Positions 52,131 through 63,126 of a DNA stretch of 63,126 bases are shown here, piece by piece (within the stretch, counting starts at the first letter, position 1; the number at the start of each line of letters is the position of its first letter). The DNA lies in contig NC_068995.1 in the NCBI RefSeq assembly GCF_001194135.2, forward strand, positions 53,521,778-53,584,903, written 5' to 3'. Both the position numbers and the translations under genes were made by a program. This stretch comes from Octopus bimaculoides. Its lineage: Eukaryota. Below the pieces are notes generated by a model, which was not told the DNA's origin, searched no databases, and worked only from the letters and a program-made list of their open reading frames with translations.

Positions 52131-52179
52131 AGTAAACGGCAGCAGGGGTTACAACAAAAGCAACAACATTGATTCAGGT

Positions 52180-52315
52180 TATTAGAGGGTGTCTCTGTAA
52201 CCGCTCAACCTGCTAGAAGTAGCAGCCAAATTCCCATCAGAGTTTACCTTACGAGGATCCTATACATAGCATTATATCTACACAAACGGACAGGATGGTC
52301 GCGGCTGGAACCTGG
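52180..52315 (+). mobile_element. Interspersed repeat family D
   Basis: ctcaacctgctagaagtagcagccaaat...ggacaggatggtcgcggctggaa. The motif ctagaaatagcagccaaa recurs at about 30635, 58022 and, reversed, 42890. Confidence 0.55.
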
Positions 52316-52524
52316 CAATAAGCAATATCAAACATTGTTAACAACAGCGATTTTTACATAGATAAGCTCAAAATCTAAGGGAGTTTTTCTCTAAAAGTGG
52401 AGGAGGAAACGAAAAGAAAACGAAATAAAATCAAACTTTGTGACGTTTATACTTTTTTATGTGTTCTCCTCCACCTCTCCGGAGGCGTTAAAGTGACGTA
52501 AGCAAGAGAGTGAAAGAGAGAGAT

Positions 52525-52569
<45 letters not shown>

Positions 52570-52889
52570 NNNNNNNNNNNNNNNNNNNNNNNNNNNNNNN
52601 NNNNNNNNNNGCTCTTCCGATCTACAGAGAGAGACAGAGAGAGACAGAGAGAGAGTGAGAGAGAGAGAGAGAGTAAAGTGCTTATAACCATCAGGGAAAT
52701 CAATACTATTATCGGCCATTTTCTCATTTCTCTTCCATCTGTGTATTCATTCATTTTTTTGTTTGTTTATATTTGAGTGTGTGTGTGTTTTGTGTGTGTG
52801 TGTGTGATTGAGTGTGTGTGAGTGTGTGAAAGAGTGTTTGTGTGTGTGTTAGTATGAGCGCCATGTGTTTTTCGATCTAGCACCTAAAT

Positions 52890-52915
52890 TGATCATGATG
52901 ATGATGATGATGATG

Positions 52916-52981
<66 letters not shown>

Positions 52982-53133
52982 GTAATTGTAATAATAATAA
53001 TAATAATAATAAGGATAATAATAACAGTAATAACAATAATAGTAATAATAACAACAACAATAACAAATAGTAATAAACAATGATGATGCTGATGACGATG
53101 ATGAAAATAATAATAAAAATGATAAAAATAATA

Positions 53134-53164
<31 letters not shown>

Positions 53165-53395
53165 CGTTTCGAAAAATACCTACAAAAACAAACAAGCAAA
53201 CAAACAAGCAAAATATTCATGGAAGCTCAGTTGCATATTTGTTCCAGTCCAGTGAGCTAACATCGACCAATCAATGAAGATGTAACGTTAACTTAAAGAG
53301 TTAGTCAAGATAATGAATGACAAAAGGTTATCAGATGATGTCTGTTTATATAATTATATACATATATATACATATATACACATATATATGTATAT

Positions 53396-53430
<35 letters not shown>

Positions 53431-53656
53431 GTATATGTATATATATATTTATATAATTATATTTTTCTCTCTGTGGCTCTCTGGCTCTCCCTCTCTCTCT
53501 TTCTCTCTCTCTCTACCATTTGTTATTTTTCTTTCTCTCGCTTTAAATCTTTTGTTTAGTTTAGATTTTCTTTTTAGTTTTTATTTAAATATTTTCACAT
53601 TTTGTTTTACTTCGTTTATCATAGTTATTTTTGGTGCTTTTTTTGGGGGACGCTAT

Positions 53657-53696
<40 letters not shown>

Positions 53697-53797
53697 TAAT
53701 AATAATAAGAAGAATAAGAATAAGAATAAGAATAAGGATAATGATAATGACTATAATGATGATGATGATAACGATAATAATATTAATAATAATAATG

Positions 53798-53860
<63 letters not shown>

Positions 53861-54045
53861 TCAATAATAATAATAATGATAATGATAATAAGGTGAAACC
53901 TCGAAGCAGGGTGATTTTCATCTTAATTTTCAACTTTTCATTTTCACTAAGTACTTACTTCACGCTCCATTTGATGATCAGCTGAGTGTTCTCCGGCACT
54001 CAACATACTCTTATCTGAAATAGAATAACTAACCCACCCCACCAG

Positions 54046-54095
<50 letters not shown>

Positions 54096-55050
54096 GTTCT
54101 ACCAGCAATAGCAACCAAAACATCTGCAATAGCAACATCAGAAAAAGTACGAGTAATAACAGCAATAGCAACAGAACCATGGAGATCAAGTGCAACAAGC
54201 CGTAACAAACAATAACAATAGCAACCCGAGAAATAGCAACAACAGCAAGAGGAACGTCAATAGCAACATGAGAAACGGCAACAGCGGTAACAAGAGCAAT
54301 ACAAATACAAGACACAGCAACAAAGTCAATAACGNNNNNNNNNNNNNNNNNNNNNNNNNNNNNNNNNNNNNNNNNNNNNNNNNNNNNNNNNNNNNNNNNN
54401 NNNNNNNNNNNNNNNNNNNNNNNNNNNNNNNNNNNNNNNNNNNNNNNNNNNNNNNNNNNNNNNNNNNNNNNNNNNNNNNNNNNNNNNNNNNNNNNNNNNN
54501 NNNNNNNNNNNNNNNNNNNNNNNNNNNNNNNNNNNNNNNNNNNNNNNNNNNNNNNNNNNNNNNNNNNNNNNNNNNNNNNNNNNNNNNNNNNNNNNNNNNN
54601 NNNNNNNNNNNNNNNNNNNNNNNNNNNNNNNNNNNNNNNNNNNNNNNNNNNNNNNNNNNNNNNNNNNNNNNNNNNNNNNNNNNNNNNNNNNNNNNNNNNN
54701 NNNNNNNNNNNNNNNNNNNNNNNNNNNNNNNNNNNNNNNNNNNNNNNNNNNNNNNNNNNNNNNNNNNNNNNNNNNNNNNNNNNNNNNNNNNNNNNNNNNN
54801 NNNNNNNNNNNNNNNNNNNNNNNNNNNNNNNNNNNNNNNNNNNNNNNNNNNNNNNNNNNNNNNNNNNNNNNNNNNNNNNNNNNNNNNNNNNNNNNNNNNN
54901 NNNNNNNNNNNNNNAGCAGAAACATCAGAGCAGCAACAACATGAAGAAGAATAGCAACAACAGGAAGAAGAATAGCAACACAACAGGAATAATAGCGAGA
55001 GCAACAATAGTAAGCTGTAGCACCAGTAACAATAGCAACAGGAATAAAAG
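52890..55050. repeat. Series of (AAT)n/(GAT)n/(CTA)n/(CAA)n trinucleotide arrays, partly gapped
   Basis: Arrays at about 52890-53165, 53660-53890, 54045-54095 and CAA-rich flanks of the gap 54335-54914. Confidence 0.9.
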
Positions 55051-55918
55051 AAGCAATATTATTGATATGCAAAAAAAACGCTATATATAACGATACCAAT
55101 TACATATATAATGATTCTAGTATAAGTATAACTATATATGTAACCCAAATTTTTTAACAACGTTACAGATCAATTTAAAGTGATCGTAAAAAAATATATC
55201 TTTAGAATTCCAATTTCAATATATTTTTTATAAAAAAAAATGTCGATCTGATTGTTTATTTTTTAACATCGACTTTGCCATAAAATTCACAGCACACTTT
55301 CTGCATCTTTTATTCACTGAGGTCAAATCTCTTTCCCATTTACTGTCTCTATCTTTAAACTTAGAATCACCTCTTTGTCACTTCCTTCCGCCAGTCTAGA
55401 AATTATAATTTTAAAGAAATGGACGAAATATTTTCCTCATTACAGTAAGGAGAAGAAATCATAGCATTTTCACATTTCAAAATTTTATAACTTTCGATTT
55501 TTCTCATACATGTTTAAAAGTTATTAAATGATTTAAAGTTATTTCACTATTTATTTAGTCCGGTCTATCGCTGTGTGAATGTTGGGAAAGGACGAATTGG
55601 AGGAAAAGCAAAAATCTGCATCTATTTCTCGCACTATCTCTGTGTATATTCATTCCTGCTTGCAAGCAAACATGCATTCATAATCATATATGCACATGCA
55701 TATATATATATACATACATGCATACGATCATACAAAACCCTTTTTATATTTTTATATATACATATNNNNNNNNNNNNNNNNNNNNNNNNNNNNNNNNNNN
55801 NNNNNNNNNNNNNNNNNNNNNNNNNNNNNNNNNNNNNNNNNNNNNNNNNNNNNNNNNNNNNNNNNNNNNNNNNNNNNNNNNNNNNNNNNNNNNNNNNNNN
55901 NNNNNNNNNNNNNNNNNN

Positions 55919-56009
55919 TTGGGACTGCCATGTTGGCTTGGCGATAACTATTAATTTCCAGTACCGCTGCCGTAGTCTCCTTTAGAGAGACTTAGAAATA
56001 TTAATAACT
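55919..56009 (+). repeat. Gap-edge repeat copy 2 (identical to 19653-19743)
   Basis: 91/91 identity by eye. It follows an N-gap and precedes (TA)n. Confidence 0.9.
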
Positions 56010-56039
56010 TTATATATATATATATATATATATATTTGT

Positions 56040-56140
56040 TTGTGTGTGTTTGTGTTTGCCCACCACCATCGCCTGACAACCGAAGTTGGTGTCTTTACGT
56101 CCCCGTAAATCAGCGGTTCGGCAAAAGAAACTATTACCTG
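56040..56140 (+). mobile_element. SINE family B central segment
   Basis: gtgtttgcccaccaccatcgcctgacaaccgaagttggtgtctttacgtccccgtaaatcagcggttcggcaaaaga. Confidence 0.75.
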
Positions 56141-56414
56141 GTATTTAAATATTTCAGTGTCAGAACATCTTCTTCAGGGAATTTACGGAGGACAGTTGTT
56201 GATAACTGATTTTTCTGCTTTGGAGAGAAATCAGTAGAAAAAATCTAGCGGCAAAATCAGCTCTCAGTAGGGTTCTTGAAGAACCTTATCATTGAAATAC
56301 CAGCTAATAGTGTTAACCATCAAACTGCATTATTAATCTTTATAACTTGCATTCTTTTCACTTACATATACAGATACGCACACACGCACACACGCAGAAT
56401 CACTCTCACCAGCT

Positions 56415-56445
<31 letters not shown>

Positions 56446-57008
56446 CACACACATATATATACACACACATACAGGCTTGAATAAAGCGATACTGTTAAAT
56501 TTATGATAAGCGAGTTGCAATGTCCGACATTTTGAATGTCTCAATTAATGATTGCGTTTACATATGTTGACGTCATATTAAACGAAAAACTAAAAATTAT
56601 TAATAGAGAGAAATAGAAACGAGTTATCAATGTTCAATTGGGAATACTTGTTTTGAAATGAAAACTTCTGGTCATATGATCAAACAAATTGAACTGAAAT
56701 ATTCTCCTTTGTTCAGTTTAATCCTTTTTCTTTAGGTCTCACGAGACCAGGATTTATGTCCAGTTTACAAAGCGGTTATGACTGATTAAACATTTTCTTG
56801 TAGATAGAATTCTAATCTTGCCGGAGGATTAGCGTCTCAAAGATGGACTGATACATTGTTTACTGCTGTAAATTTGTCGGCTTTTTCTCTTGATATATAT
56901 AGATATGTGTGTATATATATATATATATGCATATACGTATATATATATAAATCTGTATGTGTATGTACACATACACAAACACACACACGCTCGCGCGTGC
57001 ACACACAG

Positions 57009-57064
<56 letters not shown>

Positions 57065-57500
57065 NNNNNNNNNNNNNNNNNNNNNNNNNNNNNNNNNNNN
57101 NNNNNNNNNNNNNNNNNNNNNNNNNNNNNNNNNNNNNNNNNNNNNNNNNNNNNNNNNNNNNNNNNNNNNNNNNNNNNNNNNNNNNNNNNNNNNNNNNNNN
57201 NNNNNNNNNNNNNNNNNNNNNNNNNNNNNNNNNNNNNNNNNNNNNNNNNNNNNNNNNNNNNNNNNNNNNNNNNNNNNNNNNNNNNNNNNNNNNNNNNNNN
57301 NNNNNNNNNNNNNNNNNNNNNNNNNNNNNNNNNNNNNNNNNNNNNNNNNNNNNNNNNNNNNNNNNNNNNNNNNNNNNNNNNNNNNNNNNNNNNNNNNNNN
57401 NNNNNNNNNNNNNNNNNNNNNNNNNNNNNNNNNNNNNNNNNNNNNNNNNNNNNNNNACACACACACACACATATATAGGACGCGTTTCTTTCAGTTTCCG

Positions 57501-57531
<31 letters not shown>

Positions 57532-58080
57532 ATATAGATAGATAGATAGATAGATAGATAGACATGGTGTTTCAGCAGTTTCTGTCTATCAAATGCCATT
57601 GACAATGCATTAATCTGCACGGAAATTTGGCAGAAGACTCTTGCTGCATGCTGTGAGAATCGAATAATGAAAGACTTGTTTGCGAAACTAGCTTTTAACC
57701 ATTCAGCTCTGGCTTTATTTATTTGTAGCTTAGACCATAAAGAGACGTAATACAGTGCTTTGAGTAACCACGTTTCGCGCTTCCTGTGGGAGAAATAACG
57801 GAAGCAGCTACAAAGTAAAGCGACAAAGTTTATAATTAAGGGCAATTAATTTTCTTATCTGGAATGTATATTACTTGAATTTTAGATTACATTTGGTCGG
57901 CGGTAATGGATTACGGAATAGTTAGGGGCTGATGGATATGTGGCTTGTACCGTGTCAGCTACGGAACACTGAAGTTGTCAGCACTGAGACGTAGAGGGAA
58001 GATTCAACTGGTCACTTGGGTAGCTAGAAATAGCAGCCAAACCTTACTTAAATTTCGTCCAGGAATCATAAAAATGATTG

Positions 58081-58291
58081 TTTTAGCTTTTGGCGCAAGG
58101 CCGGTTATTTTTAAGGAGTGGGGAGGTTTGTTATCTCGACTCCAGTACTTGACTGGTGTTTATTTCATCAGCCCCGAAAGGATGAAAAGCAAACTCGACC
58201 TAAGTGGAATTTGAACACAGAACGTAAAGACGGACGAAATGCTGCTAAGCACTTTGCTCGATGTATAAACGATTCTACCATCTCGCCGCTT
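58081..58291 (-). mobile_element. SINE family A, degenerate full length
   Basis: ggcgcaaggccgg...cgactccagtacttgactggt...ccccgaaaggatgaaaagcaaactcgacc...atttgaacacagaacgtaaagacggacgaaatgctgctaagc...aacgattctaccatctcgccgc. Confidence 0.88.
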
Positions 58292-59332
58292 TAAAGTCAT
58301 CAAACATAAAAGACAGAATCATCGTAGTGTAGTCACTGATATACTCTAATTTAAAAAGAAAAAGACAACACAATGATCACGGTTTAAACGCTTTTGATCG
58401 AAAGACTTCTTAGGGCTAACTTGGGGCTATACCATAACAATAAGAACCAGCCCACTTTGGTACCAATAATTATTTAAAATAAATTAAGCTTAGTATTGGA
58501 AACTGCACGAATGCTGTAAATTTACGAGTATTTCATGAATTTGAGAAGAAAACGATGAGCTCTCCCTGGCTGACTTAAATTGCACGAAGTCGATGTTTTC
58601 AAAAGCACTCCCCAACCCAACATTATAAGAGTCATCAAATTATGTTGGCAATATTGGTTTTTATCTCTCTTTGAAATAATATTTGTAAAAAATTTGAAAT
58701 TGCATTTGTAAACTATTTTTAAGTTTCAAGTATCGATTATGTCAAAATACTGTCCAGATGTTGCTAATATCGAAATTTATTACATCAACAAATGCTATGA
58801 GAAATACAAATCAAAATGTTTTCTTTCTCGCCTTGAGAGTCAAAGCGGCGTGTTAAGTGACTTGACCACGAATATCTTGCATTATGCTTCTGTCTCCTTT
58901 AAGAAAGATCTGTCAAAACAGATATCAGTTGATCGCAAATATTTTCATTAAACGTCGTCGTACTTAAATTTTAACCGTGGAAACGAATTTTATTGCATTG
59001 AAGTTGCCATTTAATAGTCAAAGACATAAATTTCTTTTTGCTCAACAGTTTATGAATTTGTGGTAAACTGCTGACAAGAGTAGTTCGCAACGGGATTTCG
59101 ATTCTAAGTGTTAAAGCTACTTAACTTCTTTGACGTTACGTTAAGTGGATACACAAAAAAAAAAAGGGAGAAAAAGAGCATTTCAGTATCCTGTTATATC
59201 CTCGAAAACTTGATACACGTGTCGCCTTAAAATGAAACGAATTGATTATAGATTTATAACTGATAATGCACCGACTCACATAGGTTCAACACTAAACATT
59301 TAATCTCAGATTTGTTATTTAATGAAGTATTG

Positions 59333-59334
<2 letters not shown>

Positions 59335-59416
<82 letters not shown>
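59335..59416. repeat. (TC)n microsatellite
   Basis: Direct inspection. Confidence 0.97.
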
Positions 59417-59418
<2 letters not shown>

Positions 59419-61783
59419 CAAGTTTTTCCATCTATTGTCAGTAGAAACATATTTAACTATTTACTTAATAGCAACTGCATTAATCTCACCAATCTGGGAG
59501 AGCTTACAAAGGCACTGGGTACTGCCATCGGTGTTTTCCCTCGAAGCTGCGCGCTTGTATACGTGATCATGTTGACTGAAATCGGAATGTTTTAATTGAA
59601 GAAATTTGAGCAATAGTTACTTGCTTAGGTGTGCACATACTCTGCAAAGAAAGACAAAACTTTGCTCATGATATCACATTTTTGCACACATCAATAACGA
59701 AATCTATCCACTCCAACGTCAATCGACGAAATATAACGAGAGAATAAAGGAGTGTCTTCACAATCGCTGGACATTGTAGAAATAGTTAACGAATCCAATG
59801 ACATTATGTCCTATCGTCTTAAAAAGGACACCTTGGGAAATGTAATTCTAGATATACAGAGAAACAGAAATGGGTTGAACATTCTTGATCATACATGTGA
59901 TCTGTAAAAATTAAAGAAGGAAAACGATAAAATATCAGCAAGGACTAATAAGTAATCGCTTAGCTACATAGCTGTCAGTGGTCCAGAGAATTTAACACTT
60001 ATGTGGTTGTAAGTGTGATATAAGTCAACTTTATGCTGTAAACGGCATCATCAATTATTTCGTTGGCTTGCTGTGATGTATTAAATTTCTCTAGTAAGGA
60101 GAAAAAATATCTCCAACAGAGCATTGCTCTGTCCATTATAAGCTGTGCCACTTACAAGCTTAACCCTGCAAACACCGGATATACGTACCAACCTTACGAA
60201 TTTTTGTCATTAAAAGAGATAGAAAGAAAGAGAGAGAGAGAGGGAGAGGGAGAAACAGACAGACGACCAGTGAGAGAAAACCCACAACAATGAAACGAAC
60301 AATTAATTTTATTTAAAATGGAAGAGTAAGGACGAAAATATCTCTTGTTAAAGAATAAAAGAAAAACACAACGGCGGGTGGATTAAATAAAGACAAAAAT
60401 AAAGAAAGTATTCAACGGTACTGAAACGTAATTGAGTGGTAACAGTGTTGTACACATGAAATAATAATTCCATTTAAAAATATAATAGAAATCGAATAAA
60501 GAAATAGTTCTAATGTTTCGTACGCATTCAAATCATTCAATTATGTAAACATACACATTTGGAAACCTAATAGCATGTCTCAGGTTGAATGTAAGGAACT
60601 CGTTTAACATTAATAATAGACGTTTTCAATAGTGAATGAAAAGTGAAGCAAAATGAGAAATAAAAAATATACATTCATCTCTATATAATCTCTCTCCATC
60701 TATCTATTTTCTATCTCTGTCTATCGACCTATGAGTCAGTCTGTCTGTGGGTCTCTTTAGTTAAAAACTATTTCACTTTATTTATTTATTTATTTATTTA
60801 TTTCAAGTACTCGAATTCTGATAAACCAATATAAATCTCGTATATGAATGACAGCTATTTTTCATCGCTTATCGTTGCAAAATGATCGTGTTTTAATGTA
60901 AATTCACGTCTGGACTTACGAACAAAAGATATCGGATCAATTGGACAAAGTTTCCACTGTTCATATTCTGCAATGCTATTGAAGTATCTCTTTGCTAATA
61001 GTCAAGACACTTATCTCTATCTGTTACACAACTTTCAGATTCATTCTATGAAGATTTAATTGACGATCAGTGTGTAACGAAGGTGTGTTTTTTGTGTTCG
61101 TGTTCATAAATAGAACGCAAAATGTTCTATTTATCATCGTTAAAAAAGATGCCGTGGCGACAAACAACAGAAAAAAGATATTTTGCGTGAAGTGAGGCAG
61201 TTCAGAAGTTTGTGTGAGATGTGTGTCAGAAATGACAGTAACTGAGTGGCGTAAATTCTTGAAGCTAGTGGCCCTAAGCTGTTTTGCCACCACGGTCGAT
61301 ATCGTTGTCGTCATACAGCTGAAGTTGAGTGGCATACGATTGAGCAGCCATTAGTCTTGGTTGGACTGCGACCATTGACTTGTCATCAGTTTACTCGTCT
61401 TAATATAGTCATTGGTCTGGCAATGGAAAGGCACCAAAGACAGAATTGTTAATGACATTCATACATGTTAAGTCTTTCTTTTATTTCACTGGTCAAACTA
61501 GCTACTGATAGAAAAAAGGAAATTCTTAATTTCTTAATCAGACGTGAATGGGTCAGTCGCTTGTTGATGACATCAATTCTTGACAGAATTCTGTTTTTTT
61601 TGTTTGTTTCCATATGGACATAGTGGTTCGGGTTCGATTCCTTGGCTGTAAGTTAGTGATTGGGATTTTGCCAAATATTCTTACTACAAGTTATCGCTAA
61701 AATAGTCCGTCCATTTACTTGAAAATAGACAGCGCCAGGCTGGAAACTCGATTTTATAAGCAGCATCAGTAATGTCAAATTTA

Positions 61784-61784
<1 letters not shown>

Positions 61785-61874
<90 letters not shown>

Positions 61875-61883
61875 ATATATATA
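61785..61883. repeat. (TATC)n microsatellite running into a gap
   Basis: Direct inspection. Confidence 0.97.
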
Positions 61884-62892
61884 NNNNNNNNNNNNNNNNN
61901 NNNNNNNNNNNNNNNNNNNNNNNNNNNNNNNNNNNNNNNNNNNNNNNNNNNNNNNNNNNNNNNNNNNNNNNNNNNNNNNNNNNNNNNNNNNNNNNNNNNN
62001 NNNNNNNNNNNNNNNNNNNNNNNNNNNNNNNNNNNNNNNNNNNNNNNNNNNNNNNNNNNNNNNNNNNNNNNNNNNNNNNNNNNNNNNNNNNNNNNNNNNN
62101 NNNNNNNNNNNNNNNNNNNNNNNNNNNNNNNNNNNNNNNNNNNNNNNNNNNNNNNNNNNNNNNNNNNNNNNNNNNNNNNNNNNNNNNNNNNNNNNNNNNN
62201 NNNNNNNNNNNNNNNNNNNNNNNNNNNNNNNNNNNNNNNNNNNNNNNNNNNNNNNNNNNNNNNNNNNNNNNNNNNNNNNNNNNNNNNNNNNNNNNNNNNN
62301 NNNNNNNNNNNNNNNNNNNNNNNNNNNNNNNNNNNNNNNNNNNNNNNNNNNNNNNNNNNNNNNNNNNNNNNNNNNNNNNNNNNNNNNNNNNNNNNNNNTA
62401 TATACATATATATACACATTATATATACATAGTCTCAGTAGAAAAAGATCGATTAACACCAATACAATATTAGCACCAACAAAGAGGCAAAAAATTAAAA
62501 AGAAAGTCCATAAGACTTTTGGAATACAATAGAGGAAGTTATGGGTCCGTTATTGTGTAAGAATAACGGTCTATTTCAACAAACAATTCTGCCGATGAAT
62601 ATTTTAGAATGTAAAATAATACCAAAATATAAAGTGAAAGAAATAAAAAATAAATAAAAAGTTTAAAGTCAATATATAAATAATATTGCTCGCTATGTCT
62701 TACTTTTTATTTCTCCATATATTAATGTCTCTCTCTGTCTCTCCCTCTCTCTCTCTCTCCCTCTATCTATGGCTCTCTCTCTATCTATCTATGTCTCTCT
62801 CTCTCTCTCTCACTCATTCGACAATCAGTCTTTGTTATTCATTTTCTCACACCGTCGGCGGTGTTACTTCATGCGTTTATTAACGCAAACAG

Positions 62893-62924
<32 letters not shown>

Positions 62925-63052
62925 TGTGTGAGAGAGAAATAGAGAGAAAGAGAGAGAAAGTGACAACGAGGGAACGAAAGAAGTGAGAATAAGTTTACTC
63001 GCGAATACTCTCTCTAAGCCTCTTTCATTTCCCATATTTGAAATTTTCCTTC

Positions 63053-63083
<31 letters not shown>

Positions 63084-63126
63084 TTTCTTTCGTTCTTTCT
63101 TTCGTTCTTTCTTTCTATTCACCCAC

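Overview
This is AT-rich, gene-poor animal genomic DNA with many N-gaps, nearly all bordered by (TA)n, (CA)n, (GA)n, (TATC)n, (ATAC)n or (AAT)n microsatellites. The microsatellite load and the tRNA-headed SINE families suggest an octopus-like cephalopod assembly (inference). Almost every ORF in the supplied track is a translation of a microsatellite or gap. No known protein-coding gene, tRNA, rRNA or CRISPR array is recognisable. The window is mainly decayed mobile elements. These are about 25 copies or fragments of SINE-like families (labelled A, B, C, D here), two mariner fragments, one rosa-like and one maT-like Tc1/mariner remnant, an internally deleted hAT element with TIRs and an 8-bp TSD, RTE-type LINE fragments, and two Penelope-like (Naiad-type) retroelement fragments. 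The most interesting signals are: (1) two short non-coding repeat families carrying minimal type I hammerhead-ribozyme motifs, one near-intact at 44023-44068, the other at 43.4 kb and 49.9 kb with an inverted-repeat arrangement typical of Penelope pseudo-LTRs; (2) a CpG-rich orphan 109-aa ORF at 2637-2966 (-); (3) a 91-bp sequence found identically at two gap edges 36 kb apart.
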